DNA from: Candidatus Multivorans sp.
GTDB taxonomy: Bacteria; Acidobacteriota; Thermoanaerobaculia; Multivoradales; Multivoraceae
Assembly (NCBI GenBank): GCA_965205095.1
Contig: OZ242040.1
Span: 1,607,787 to 1,671,786 of the forward strand
DNA: 64,000 bases
Direction of reading: 5' to 3'
The first letter of the stretch is position 1; the number at the start of each line of letters is the position of its first letter. Both the position numbers and the translations under genes were made by a program. Positions 9,738 through 19,444 of the stretch are shown piece by piece. The notes beneath the pieces were generated by a model. That model ran no database searches. It was not told the origin of the DNA and saw only the letters and a list, made by a program, of their open reading frames with translations.

Positions 9738-10120
9738 GCGGAAGCTCTCTCGGTTTCGTTGGACACCTCGCGCATCACCTGGACCAGGCGGCGCAGCGCC
9801 GGGTAGTACGCGGCGTATTCGAGTTGATCGTGGTTCATCTCGATGCCGTGATGCACGCTGGCGAAGAACGGGTCCTGGTAGAAGGGCCGCGGCACCTCGC
9901 GCAGCAGCTCCCGCCACTCCTCCTCAGGGCCCGCGAGAAAGACGTCGGACGGCGTGTCCGCCTCGCACGGCTCGAGCGCGGCGACGGCGCCGTCCTCGAA
10001 GCGGATCGCGTGGTGCGCGTCGCCTACGCTGAGCCGCAGGCTCGCCGTCCAGTGCCGGATCGTGTACCGGAACTCGGGATCCTGCTCCAGGTTCGATTTC
10101 AGGTTGTTCCAGGGAATCAT
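9734..10120 (-). CDS. Hypothetical protein (start at MIPWNNL...). First gene of a three-gene coupled operon.
   Basis: ORF with ATGA coupling. The N-terminal extension given in the ORF track runs through a REP element and is probably spurious. Confidence 0.45.
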   Translation of the reverse strand: MIPWNNLKSNLEQDPEFRYTIRHWTASLRLSVGDAHHAIRFEDGAVAALEPCEADTPSDVFLAGPEEEWRELLREVPRPFYQDPFFASVHHGIEMNHDQLEYAAYYPALRRLVQVMREVSNETERASA

Positions 10121-10139
10121 CCCGGAATCGTAGCGCGCA

Positions 10140-10235
10140 GGACGACCGGATGCGCCCCACACTGGGTGCGCCGGCGTCCCCGCCGGCTGCCGCCGCTGGC
10201 GGCCAGGGAACCGCGCCGCGTAGCGGCGACCGCTC
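10140..10235. repeat. REP-like element, type B
   Basis: CACACTGGGTGCGCCGGCGTCCCCGCCGGCTGCCGCC... Confidence 0.6.
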
Positions 10236-10268
10236 TCCGCCGGGCCCCTCTCGTGACTCTGGTCCTTC

Positions 10269-10622
10269 TCAGCCGGCGCGGGCGCCATTCGGGACCGGGC
10301 GCTCGGGAGTCAGCAACGCCGGAAGAAGACCGTCCTCATAGCCGACATCGAACAGCATGCCCTGCGAGGTGATCCCCATCATCTTCCTCGGCTCCAGGTT
10401 GACGATGAACAACGCCTGCCGACCTTCGATCTCGGTCGGATCCTCGCGCTCCTGTTGCATCCCCGCGAGGATCGTCCGCTTGTGGTCGCCGAAATCGACC
10501 TCGAGTCGGACGAGCCGGGTCGATCCTTCGACGTCGCTGACGCTCTCGATCGTGCCGACGCGGGCGTCCACCTGATTGACGACACCGATGTCGATGGCGG
10601 GCTTCACCGGTGCGGGTTTCAT
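10269..10622 (-). CDS. csaA: tRNA-binding protein (CsaA / EMAP-domain family), start at MKPAPVK...
   Basis: IDIGVVNQVDARVGTI...MLFDVGYEDG is a Myf/EMAP-II-like OB fold. Confidence 0.75.
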   Translation of the reverse strand: MKPAPVKPAIDIGVVNQVDARVGTIESVSDVEGSTRLVRLEVDFGDHKRTILAGMQQEREDPTEIEGRQALFIVNLEPRKMMGITSQGMLFDVGYEDGLLPALLTPERPVPNGARAG

Positions 10623-10679
10623 CTCTTCCAAGACCGATCCTCCACTGTGTCCGTTCGAAGGGGCGAAGCGTACCGGGAG

Positions 10680-10765
10680 AGCGGTCGCCGCTACGCGGCG
10701 CGGTTCCCTGGCCGCCTGCGGCGGCAGCCGGCGGGGACGCCGGTGCACCCAGTGTGGAAACAAAA
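10680..10765. repeat. REP-like element, type B, inverted relative to the 10140 copy
   Basis: ...GGCAGCCGGCGGGGACGCCGGTGCACCCAGTGTG. Confidence 0.6.
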
Positions 10766-10815
10766 GGCGCCGAGCGAGCGTTTAGCCTGCACACAGACCG
10801 AACGGAGTCCCTCGA

Positions 10816-11828
10816 TGAACTGGAGAGCCTTGCTACTCGCGGCCTCAGCGGCAGTGCCGGCAGCGATCGCTCAGGAGAACGGCGCACCTCACCAGCCTGC
10901 CCCTGTGGACATCGTCGAGGAGGAGATCCAGGTCGTGGGAGATCTCCCCGGGCCGCCCCTCTGGAAGGTCACGAAGGACGACCACGTCCTGTGGATCCTC
11001 GGCACTCCCGGACTCGTGCCGAACGATCTCCGCTGGCATCCGGACTCCGTCGAACACGCGCTGGCCCACTCCAGCGAGTACCTGCCGTTTCCATCCCTGA
11101 GCGTCTCGTTGACAAACCCGGTGAAGGCATGGCGGCTGATCAAGCGCATACGACGGATCCCGGACCGGGGAACCCTGGAGGACGTCCTGCCGGAGGACCT
11201 GTACCGTCTCTTCTCGGAGACCAGACTCAGATACGCACCGAGGCGGGACAGCCTCGAAGAACTGCGGCCTAGCGTCGCCGCCGAGGAACTCTTCGACTCG
11301 GCGGTGCAGTCGGCTGGCCTGGAGTCGGGCCGAACGATTGGTCGGGCAATCGAGAAGCGGGCGAAGAAGCACAACGTCAGCAAGGTGCCAGCGCACCTGT
11401 CCGAGCGCTACAAGGACTCGCCTCTCTTCGATTCGATCCGGGAAATGTCGGCCGATGCGGAGCGAACCTGTCTGCAGACACTTCTTCAGGAGCTCGACTC
11501 CCAGCTCAAGGCGCACACGCGTCTTGCGGCTGCCTGGGCGGTAGGCGATTTGGCCACGCTTAGGGCCCATCCAGGCGATTCGGCCACCTGGGCCTGCGAT
11601 TCCTTTGCACTCGCCTTCGAACCGGAGGTGCTGAGCCAGATCGAGTCGCGCAGCTGGGCGCTCTGGCTCGAGAACGTCGACCGTGCCTTGCGCGACAACG
11701 ACTCCACCTTCGCCACCCTGCGTCTCGGCGACCTGCTTCGACCCGACGGGCCCCTGTCCTGGCTCCGGCAGAGGGGCTACGAGGTCGTTGAACCCGACGA
11801 GACTCCTGCGGCGGGGCAGCAAGGCTAG
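10816..11828 (+). CDS. TraB/GumN family protein with an N-terminal signal peptide
   Basis: Start at MNWRALLLAASAAVPAAIA. Size and composition fit TraB/GumN. Confidence 0.6.
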
Positions 11829-11859
11829 GGCCAGTTCGGTTGCAGTAGAGAACCCGCTC

Positions 11860-12080
11860 CCCGTCGACCGTTCTCTGGGTGCGCGGACCTTCTGGTCCGC
11901 ATCGAGCGCGATGCTGCGAAGCAGCGAGCACGAGCGCGCCTGGGCCGCGAACTGGTGCCTGGCCACAGATTTGTCGCCGGCCTCCGGCCAGGCGCAGTGT
12001 TGCTCCGGACTCCGCCGCTTCGCGGCTTCGTCCGGAAGCGGACCAGAAGGTCCGCGCACCCAGAGAACGGGCGTCGGTTC
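11860..12080. repeat. Inverted pair of type-A REP-like units
   Basis: GTTCTCTGGGTGCGCGGACCTTCTGGTCCGC ... GGACCAGAAGGTCCGCGCACCCAGAGAAC. Confidence 0.7.
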
Positions 12081-12219
12081 TGCGAAGTGCTGTGCTGCAG
12101 TTGACATCGCCGTGGGCGGCTCTGGCGGCCAGTGTCAGACAAGCTTGCACCTCCGACTTGCTCCCGCTACGTTCAGCGGCACTACGTTCCGCGACGCAAG
12201 CCCCTAGAATCCTCCCCGC

Positions 12220-12714
12220 ATGCCCGACCCCGACTTCTCCACCTTCCCCCTCAAGAAGAAGGGCAACCGCTACCAGGACTTCGAGGAAGGCCGCACCTTC
12301 CAGCATCACTGGGGCCGCACCCTCACCGAGGCGGACAACGCGCTGTTCGCCACGTCGACGATGCGGTTCACGCCGCTCTACTTCAACGCGGAGTACGCGC
12401 GCGCCCACGGCCACGACTCCGTCGTCATCGACCCGCTGCTCGTGCTCTGCACCGTCGTCGGCATGTCGGTCGAGGACCTCTCCGAGGGCGGCGGGCCGTT
12501 CCTCGGCGTCAACCAGGTGAAGTTCCACCGGCCGGTCTACCCCGGCGACACGATCACCGCCACGAGCCGCGTCGTGGGCCGACGCGAGTCCGGCTCGCGC
12601 CCCGCCTTCGGCATCGTCACCTGGGAGACCGAGGCCCTCAACCAGAACGGCGACGTCGTCGTCAGCTACCAGCGCACCAACCTGGTCGCCAAGCGACGGG
12701 AGCCCGCGCCATGA
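12220..12714 (+). CDS. MaoC-like (R)-hydratase / dehydratase
   Basis: 164 aa hot-dog-fold MaoC signature. Confidence 0.75.
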   Translation: MPDPDFSTFPLKKKGNRYQDFEEGRTFQHHWGRTLTEADNALFATSTMRFTPLYFNAEYARAHGHDSVVIDPLLVLCTVVGMSVEDLSEGGGPFLGVNQVKFHRPVYPGDTITATSRVVGRRESGSRPAFGIVTWETEALNQNGDVVVSYQRTNLVAKRREPAP

Positions 12715-12724
12715 CCACCGCCCT

Positions 12725-12800
12725 CACCGACATCCCCACACTGGGTGCGCCGGCGCCCCCGCCGGCCTTCCGGAAGAACGCGCCGCGCAGCGGCGACCAT
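12725..12800. repeat. REP-like element, type B, between the two MaoC genes
   Basis: CACACTGGGTGCGCCGGCGCCCCCGCCGGCC. Confidence 0.6.
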
Positions 12801-12841
12801 CTTGTCCGGGCCGCCGCCCCGCAGCGCAGCGAGGCCACGCC

Positions 12842-13315
12842 ATGACCTCCGCCCTCACCTCCCCCACCACCTACTTCGAAGACTTCACCGCCGGCCAGAA
12901 GATGCGCCACGCCCGCAGCACGACCATCGAAGAAGTCGAAAGCCAGCTCCTCACCAAGCTCGTCATGAACACCGCCGACGGCCACTTCGACGAGCACAAG
13001 ATGAAGGCGTCCCCCTTCGGCCAGCGCCTCGTCTTCGGCCTCGTCACCGGCTCCACCGTCATCGGCCTGGCGACCCAGGACACGGCCGAGAACGCGCTCG
13101 CCGAGCTCGGCCTCGACAGGATGCGCTTCCGCGCGCCGGTCTTCCTCGGCGATTCGCTGACCGCCTACACCGAGGTGCTCGAAGTCCGCGACGCCGACCG
13201 CGACGACGCCGGCGTCGTCCGCTTCAAGCACTGGGGCACGAAGCAGGACGGCACGATCGTCTTCGAAGGCGAGCGCGAGGTCCTGATCAAGCGCCGCTCG
13301 CACTGGGGGTCGTAG
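12842..13315 (+). CDS. MaoC-like hydratase / dehydratase (second copy)
   Basis: 157 aa hot-dog fold. The stop overlaps the GTG start of the next gene (TAGTG). Confidence 0.75.
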   Translation: MTSALTSPTTYFEDFTAGQKMRHARSTTIEEVESQLLTKLVMNTADGHFDEHKMKASPFGQRLVFGLVTGSTVIGLATQDTAENALAELGLDRMRFRAPVFLGDSLTAYTEVLEVRDADRDDAGVVRFKHWGTKQDGTIVFEGEREVLIKRRSHWGS

Positions 13316-14559
13316 TGGGCGGAGGCACAGGCCCCCTCTCCGACCTCGTCATCATCGACTGCACGATGGCGCTCGCCGGGCCCTTCGGCTCGGCCATCCT
13401 CGCCGACCTCGGGGCCGACGTGATCAAGGTCGAGCCGCCGACCGGCGACATGTCGCGGCCGTCCCCGCCCATCCCCGAGGACTTCATCCACCCCGCCCAG
13501 GGCAAGGCTGGGGTCGACGGGGGCTGCGACTTCGGCGGCTACTTCGGCAGCATCAACCGCAACAAGCGCAGCATCGCCCTCAACCTGAAGGACGAAGCCG
13601 ACCGCGAGACCTTCCTCCGCCTGTGCGAGCAGGCCGACGCCGTGCTCGAGAACATGCGCGCCGGCGTGATGGACCGGCTCGGGCTGAGCTACGAGGTCAT
13701 CCGCGAGCGCAACGCGCGAATCGTCTACGCGGCGCTCCGCGGCTTCGGCGACCCGCGGACCGGCGAGAGCCCCTACGCCGACTGGCCCGCCTTCGACATC
13801 GTGGCCCAGGCGATGGGCGGCTTCGCCCACGTCAACGGCCCCCGGGGCGACGGCGACCGTCCCGGCGGCGGCTACCCCGGCGGCGCCTCCGTCGGCGACC
13901 TGTTCCCCGGGGCGCTGATGGCGCTCGGCGTCGTCGCCGGGGTGCACCACGCGCGGCGCACCGGCAAGGGCCAGTTCATGGACGTCGCCATGATCGACGG
14001 CGTCAACCTCCTGTGCGAGTCCGTCTTCGCGAACTACGGCTCCGCCAGGCGCCACCAGCTCCCGCCGCGCGGCAAGCACCACCACAGCCTGAGCCCGTTC
14101 GGCATCTACGACGCGAAGGACGGCGGCGTGGCCATCGCCGCGCCCCTGCCGGCGCAGTGGGAGATCCTGTGCCGGGAGATGGGACGGCCCGACCTGGTCG
14201 ACGACGAACGCACCAGCGACTTCGCCGCCCGCCGCGCCAACCGGGACTTCGTCGAGGGCGTCGTCTCCGGGTGGACCGGCTCGCTCACCCGCGACGAGGT
14301 CGTCGAAGCGCTGGCCGGCCGCGTCCCCTGCGGCCCCGTACAGACCGCGGCCGACATCTTCGAGAGCCCCCACACCGCGGTCCGCGAGATGGTCGCCGAG
14401 GTCGAGCTCCCGGGCGACAACGCGCCGGTCAAGATCGTCGGCAGCCCGATCAAGTACACCGAAACGAAGACCGGCGTGCGCCGGCGGGCGCCCCTGCTCG
14501 ACGAGCACCGCGACGAGATCCTCGCCCAGTTCGGGATCAACGCCGGGATCAAGGAGTAA
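13315..14559 (+). CDS. Family III CoA-transferase (CaiB/BaiF-like)
   Basis: GPLSDLVIIDCTMALAGPFGSAILADLGADVIKVEPP is the canonical family III N-terminus. GTG start. Confidence 0.85.
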   Translation: MGGGTGPLSDLVIIDCTMALAGPFGSAILADLGADVIKVEPPTGDMSRPSPPIPEDFIHPAQGKAGVDGGCDFGGYFGSINRNKRSIALNLKDEADRETFLRLCEQADAVLENMRAGVMDRLGLSYEVIRERNARIVYAALRGFGDPRTGESPYADWPAFDIVAQAMGGFAHVNGPRGDGDRPGGGYPGGASVGDLFPGALMALGVVAGVHHARRTGKGQFMDVAMIDGVNLLCESVFANYGSARRHQLPPRGKHHHSLSPFGIYDAKDGGVAIAAPLPAQWEILCREMGRPDLVDDERTSDFAARRANRDFVEGVVSGWTGSLTRDEVVEALAGRVPCGPVQTAADIFESPHTAVREMVAEVELPGDNAPVKIVGSPIKYTETKTGVRRRAPLLDEHRDEILAQFGINAGIKE

Positions 14560-14563
14560 GGAC

Positions 14564-15466
14564 ATGCGACTGAGACGTTCCGAACTGGCCGTGCCCGCCA
14601 GCAACCCGCGGATGGTCGAGAAGTCGGCGCAGAGCGACGCCGACCTCGTCTTCCTCGACCTGGAAGACGCCGTCGCCCCCGACAGGAAGGAAGGCGCGCG
14701 CCAGATCGCCATCGACGGCCTGAACGAGCTCGACTGGGGCAGCAAGGTGCGCTCCGTGCGCGTCAACGACCACACCACCCGCTGGGCCGTCGACGACATG
14801 ATCAGCATGGTCGAAGGCGCGGGCGAGAACATCGACGTCATCATCCTGCCCAAGGTCAAGCAGCCCCGCGACGTCTGGTTCTTCGAGACCATGCTCGACG
14901 GCCTCGAACAGAAGCTAGGGCTTACGCGCCCAATCGGCCTCGAAGCGCTGATCGAGGAAGCCGAAGGCCTCGCCAACGTGGAGGCCATCGCCACCTGCTC
15001 ACCCCGCCTCGAAGCCCTGATCCTCGGCTTCGGCGACCTCTCCGCCAGCATGGGCATGCGCTTCGGCCACGAACTCGACAAGGACTTCCGCTACCCAGGC
15101 GACATGTGGTCCGCCCACCGCGTCCGCATGATCGCCGCCTGCCGCGCCGCCGGCATCGACGCCATCGACGGCCCCTTCGGCGACTTCAGGAACGACAAGG
15201 CCTACCTCAAGCAGGCCACCTGGTCCGCCAGCCTCGGCGCCGTCGGCAAGTGGTGCATCCATCCCAACCAGATTCCCCTGGCCAATGACGTCTTCGCGCC
15301 CTCGCCCAGGGAGATCGAGCAGGCGCAGAAGATGGTCGATCTCTACAACGAGTCCGTGGCGAAGGGGGCCGGGGCTGGAGGCAAGGGCGGGCAGTTGGTG
15401 GATGCGGCTACGTTGCGGATCTATGAGCCGGTGTTGGAGAGGGCTAGGGCTACGGGGAGGTTGTAG
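14564..15466 (+). CDS. HpcH/HpaI-CitE family acyl-CoA lyase (malyl-/citramalyl-CoA lyase-like)
   Basis: 300 aa. CitE-like motifs (LEALILGFGDLSASMG, DGPFGDFRND). Confidence 0.8.
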   Translation: MRLRRSELAVPASNPRMVEKSAQSDADLVFLDLEDAVAPDRKEGARQIAIDGLNELDWGSKVRSVRVNDHTTRWAVDDMISMVEGAGENIDVIILPKVKQPRDVWFFETMLDGLEQKLGLTRPIGLEALIEEAEGLANVEAIATCSPRLEALILGFGDLSASMGMRFGHELDKDFRYPGDMWSAHRVRMIAACRAAGIDAIDGPFGDFRNDKAYLKQATWSASLGAVGKWCIHPNQIPLANDVFAPSPREIEQAQKMVDLYNESVAKGAGAGGKGGQLVDAATLRIYEPVLERARATGRL

Positions 15467-15645
15467 GGCGAAGCCGCGAAGTCTCGCTGAAGGCGCTCCA
15501 GTTCGTACTGCAACGATCACCCGTCGACCCTGACCGATTAAGTCCGTGCAGCGCTGGAAGTTCAGTTACACTGGATCCCTCCCCGCCTATTCGACGGGCA
15601 CGGGACACAACCGTACACCTGACCGAGAGCCCACAGAAACACGAT

Positions 15646-16500
15646 ATGACAATCCCTGAACGACAACTTGAACAATGGACCGGCGTCGGCTCTCAAGCCG
15701 GCTCCGCCACTACGTACGCCTCGATCAGAACCGCCCTCGAGGCACACAACTGGCCGTCCGGAATGAACCACTACGTCTATCTGCAAGGTTCCTATCCGAA
15801 CCACACCAACATCCGCGCCGACAGCGATGTCGACGTAGTCGTAGAAAGTTCGAACGTCTTCTATCACAACGTACCGGGGCCAGCCGAGCGCTTACAGTAC
15901 GGCCTGACAAACCCTGGACACTACGGATGGGAAGAGTTCCGCCATGAAGTCCTGCTAGCGTTGCGCAGTTACTATGGTCCTTCCGTCTCAGAAGGAGACA
16001 AGAGCATCAAGGTGCCGAGGTCCGGCAACCGACTGAACGCCGACGTAGTCCCGGCCCTGCTTTACCGCCAGTACCGTCCTCCAGCACATCTCCGCGCTTA
16101 CGCCGAGGGAATGACCTTCTGGACCCGCAAGACCTCCACCCAGATAGTCAACTTCCCCAAGCTCCATAGGAAGAACGGAGAGACGAAGAACAGCCAGTGT
16201 CTCTCCCGCTACAAACGGTCGATTCGCATGTTCAAGAACGCGCGCAACCGCGCGGGAAGCGACTTCCCGTCCTACTTTGTAGAGTGTCTTCTCTACAACG
16301 TGCCCAACCTGTGCTTCGCGGTCAGCCTCGCCGCGACGTACGACCGTGCGCTGAGATACCTCGAGGGCGCGGACCTCCGCTCCTTCGTCTGCCAGAACGA
16401 ACAGCAGAACATGATCGGTGACGCGCCCTGGCAGATCGACTGGCTCACCGCGGAAGAAGTCGTCCGTGACCTACGGCACCTCTGGCGCACATGGAGCTAG
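15646..16500 (+). CDS. cGAS/DncV-like nucleotidyltransferase (CD-NTase / SMODS-type), CBASS cyclase candidate
   Basis: Pol-beta NTase motif GSYPNHTNIRADSDVDVVVE (GS...DxD) and a third acidic residue in RLNADVVPAL (hDhVP-type). Overlaps the patatin gene by 10 nt. Confidence 0.65.
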   Translation: MTIPERQLEQWTGVGSQAGSATTYASIRTALEAHNWPSGMNHYVYLQGSYPNHTNIRADSDVDVVVESSNVFYHNVPGPAERLQYGLTNPGHYGWEEFRHEVLLALRSYYGPSVSEGDKSIKVPRSGNRLNADVVPALLYRQYRPPAHLRAYAEGMTFWTRKTSTQIVNFPKLHRKNGETKNSQCLSRYKRSIRMFKNARNRAGSDFPSYFVECLLYNVPNLCFAVSLAATYDRALRYLEGADLRSFVCQNEQQNMIGDAPWQIDWLTAEEVVRDLRHLWRTWS

Positions 16501-17411
16501 GAAGACCGTACAGAATCCTGTCCCTCGACGGGGGCGGTGCGCTCGGTGTCTTCACACTCGGCGTACTGAGTGAACTAGAGAAGATGATCGGTTCTCCGCT
16601 GTGGAAACGAGTCGATCTCATCTACGGCACAAGCACGGGTTCGATCATCGCTGCTCTACTCGCCCTAGGCCACCCGGTCGACCACGTGTACGAACTCTAC
16701 CTGGAACGTGTTTCGGACATCATGCGCCGCTCTACGTTGTGGACGAGATCGGCTGCTCTTCACAGGCACGCCGAGGACGTATTCGAGAAGAAGAAGGTCG
16801 ACAGCTTCCTTGTAGACGTTGGCATCGTCGCAACGAACTTGGATTCTAAGCGACCCTTGGTGTTCAAGAGCACCGCCGAAGGGGCACATGGCAGGAAGGC
16901 GAGTTTCTGTCCGGGATTTGGCTGCACCATAGCAGACGCCGTGATCGCTTCCAGCGCCGCTTACCCTATGTTCCGGGTCAAGCGGATCTCGACTTCCGTG
17001 CATGGGGAGCTGCGTGCAGCCGATGGCGGATTCGTCGCGAGCAACCCAACCCTTCTTGCGTTGGCGGATGCCCTCGGTCCACGAGAGAAAGCGCGGGGGG
17101 ACCTCGGCGTACTAAGCGTGGGAACAGGCTCGTATCCGCCAAAGCCCTCCGTGTATCGACTCGTGAAGACACTTACAACGTTGATGCAGAGTGGATCCGG
17201 GGCAGTTGATATGCTTCGCAAACTTCTGTTTAGAGACGTGTGGACAGTCAGAGTAAACACAAAGGAGTCGAGCTCCCGTCTCAAGACGAACATGCTGGAG
17301 CACCGGACGCGCGTACTGCGACGCGTCTATCAGAGGGGACAGGATGCGTTCGGAGAGAACGAAGAAGCTCTGGCTGAGCTGTTCGTTGGAACGGAGAGGG
17401 ATGGCCGATGA
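16491..17411 (+). CDS. Patatin-like phospholipase (CapV-like CBASS effector)
   Basis: DGGGALG oxyanion motif, GTSTGS nucleophile and DGG catalytic Asp motifs. Confidence 0.8.
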   Translation: MELGRPYRILSLDGGGALGVFTLGVLSELEKMIGSPLWKRVDLIYGTSTGSIIAALLALGHPVDHVYELYLERVSDIMRRSTLWTRSAALHRHAEDVFEKKKVDSFLVDVGIVATNLDSKRPLVFKSTAEGAHGRKASFCPGFGCTIADAVIASSAAYPMFRVKRISTSVHGELRAADGGFVASNPTLLALADALGPREKARGDLGVLSVGTGSYPPKPSVYRLVKTLTTLMQSGSGAVDMLRKLLFRDVWTVRVNTKESSSRLKTNMLEHRTRVLRRVYQRGQDAFGENEEALAELFVGTERDGR

Positions 17412-17788
17412 CTACTGGCACGGCGGCAGAGAAGCGCGAACTACGGCTAGAGTGGAACAAGCCAGACGGTCGGTGGCACTCGCTGCGCGACGTGAGCCTC
17501 GATGATCCGAGCGTAGGGGATCAGGATGGCGTCTACATCATCTGGCACGGTGGCCGCAATCGAAGAGTCGTCTACGTAGGAAGCGGAAGGATCGCTACTC
17601 GGCTGAGCGCCCATCTCTACGATGGTCGTTTCCTACCGTATGCACACCTCGGCCTAGGGGTGACCTGGGCCGAGGTTCCAATGAAGCACCAGCGAGGCGT
17701 GGAACGCTTCTTGGCCGAAGAGATGGAGCCGGTAGCTGGTGGGCGCTATCCGAATGCCGCGCCGATTGCCGTGAATCTACCTTGGTAG
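17408..17788 (+). CDS. Small GIY-YIG domain protein
   Basis: GVYIIWHGG...VVYVGSG followed by conserved Arg (TRLSAH), Glu (AEEME) and Asn. The start overlaps the patatin stop (ATGA). Confidence 0.55.
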   Translation: MTTGTAAEKRELRLEWNKPDGRWHSLRDVSLDDPSVGDQDGVYIIWHGGRNRRVVYVGSGRIATRLSAHLYDGRFLPYAHLGLGVTWAEVPMKHQRGVERFLAEEMEPVAGGRYPNAAPIAVNLPW

Positions 17789-17792
17789 CAAG

Positions 17793-18185
17793 GTGATGCC
17801 GCAGTTTCGCCGCTCCGAGCCGCCGGACGTCACGCTGCATGAGGTCCAGAACCAGGATCTGGACCTGATCAGGAGCGCTGGCAATAGGGCCACTCAAGGT
17901 GCGTCAGGAGCCTCTGCCACCGCGTCAAGCACGGTCGCCATCCTACTCACGTTGGCGACGTGCGATGTCCCCGTACCATGGCGCACAATTCTCGGAATGA
18001 CGGCGTTCGCTTGTGTCGTCGGCGCCTTTGTCTTTGGGCGCATGTGGTGGCGGGGCCATCGGGAAGGCCAACGCCGCGTCGACACGATCAAGGAACGACC
18101 GATCGCTGAACGGCCCGGCCCGGCGGTCGACGAGAGGCTCGAACGCCTCCTGGAGCAGCTCACGCGGGAGGAGGAAAGTCCATGA
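17793..18185 (+). CDS. Small membrane protein (two predicted transmembrane helices)
   Basis: Hydrophobic stretches VAILLTLATC and AFACVVGAFVFG. Co-directional and tightly spaced. Confidence 0.45.
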   Translation: MMPQFRRSEPPDVTLHEVQNQDLDLIRSAGNRATQGASGASATASSTVAILLTLATCDVPVPWRTILGMTAFACVVGAFVFGRMWWRGHREGQRRVDTIKERPIAERPGPAVDERLERLLEQLTREEESP

Positions 18186-19024
18186 GTCTCCCCGAACCAG
18201 CGCGTATCGACAGTCTGGCACTGCACGAAGGGCGATTCATGGTGTCGGCTGCACTCTCTCACCAAGGCGATCGCTTCAAGATCACCTCCGCTGTCCTGCT
18301 CGCTCCTGACGCTCTGGTCCTGTGCAGCTTTCATCCCGCCAATCCGGAGATACTGATCAAGCTCTTGGATGGGCGGCACATCAATGGGCACTGGTGGGTT
18401 CAGATCGCAAGCGTGTCCCAAGTCGCAGTCGAAATCACCGTGCAAGACGTCGTAACCGGAGAAGCGAACACCTACCGTTCCATCGAGGGTCCGTTTAGTC
18501 CGATCGCCGACTTCACAGCTTTCAAAGACGCGTATCGCTCCTTCACTGACAGCCCCAGCCCTGAGGGCAACGCCGCTGCGCCGAAGCTTGCTGACATATA
18601 TGACTCTTCAATGCCGTCACAGGAGAAACACATGACAGACTCACAACTCGAGCTCAAGAGGCTCCGCCTCTTCCAGACGATTCATGAGTGGGCCTTCAAC
18701 GACCATAGTCGGCCGTCTTCCTATGATCCGCGAATCACGACTCTCGAAGTCCAAGCAAGGCTACTCGGCCTCAGCCCGAGGAACATCCAGATCCTCACCG
18801 AGAGCATCAGCGGTATCCGCGACCTGGCCATTGACTGGTGGAAAACAGGCCAGGAGGAGATTGGCGGCGAGGAGCGGGTCGAGCTCAACAGGAGGATCGA
18901 CGAGGCCCTCACTCCGCTGTATCAGATGCTTCTAGGTGAGCCCCCGAGCGGGCCGCTAGCTCCAACGTGGCCCAGACCTCGAGCAGGAGCCGACCTCCCG
19001 AAGTCAGAGACGCATATTGGCTGA
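18182..19024 (+). CDS. Hypothetical protein with a domain shared with the IS-disrupted gene at 26372-28513
   Basis: LIKLLDGRHINGHWWVQIASVSQVAVEITVQDVVTG resembles LVKVLDGCPINGYRWVFVAPVTDLGLSLRVTGPTG. Confidence 0.5.
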   Translation: MSLPEPARIDSLALHEGRFMVSAALSHQGDRFKITSAVLLAPDALVLCSFHPANPEILIKLLDGRHINGHWWVQIASVSQVAVEITVQDVVTGEANTYRSIEGPFSPIADFTAFKDAYRSFTDSPSPEGNAAAPKLADIYDSSMPSQEKHMTDSQLELKRLRLFQTIHEWAFNDHSRPSSYDPRITTLEVQARLLGLSPRNIQILTESISGIRDLAIDWWKTGQEEIGGEERVELNRRIDEALTPLYQMLLGEPPSGPLAPTWPRPRAGADLPKSETHIG

Positions 19025-19180
19025 GTTGGACTCGCTCGTGCACACCAGACTCTTGACTGATTTGGAGGCTGCACGAAGCGCGCTCCCTCAAGGCGAACGG
19101 AACAACAACCACGACAACGCCAAGAACGTGCTCGGCCTACGCGAGCGAGCCAGTGTACTCAAAGCACAACCGGAGAGAAG

Positions 19181-19444
19181 TTGATCATGTATGGGGAGTC
19201 GATCTACTACTGTGCGCGTTGTGGCGACAGGGCAGAGGTTCAGATCAACCAAGCGACTCGTGAAGGCCATCCCCAAGGACTCGTCAAGTGCCTCAGGCCC
19301 GGTTGCGATGGCGGTACCGAGGACTACGAGATACTTCTTGAACAGTTGGGAAACCCGGGGAGGAATCCTCGTCCGAAGTTCGTTCTTGTCCCCCCTTCGA
19401 AGTCGAAGACGGACTGCGCAGAGCCAAGAACTCGGTGTAGTTGA
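19181..19444 (+). CDS. Small zinc-ribbon protein (CxxC...CxxxC), hypothetical
   Basis: CARCG ... CLRPGCDG. ORF only. Confidence 0.3.
   Translation: MIMYGESIYYCARCGDRAEVQINQATREGHPQGLVKCLRPGCDGGTEDYEILLEQLGNPGRNPRPKFVLVPPSKSKTDCAEPRTRCS

Noticed and set aside
12745-15081. ORF 12745-14559 N-terminal extension and antisense ORF 13165-15081 (638 aa)
   Set aside because: The real CoA-transferase starts at a GTG at 13315 immediately after the MaoC stop. The upstream part and the antisense ORF are low-complexity artefacts.
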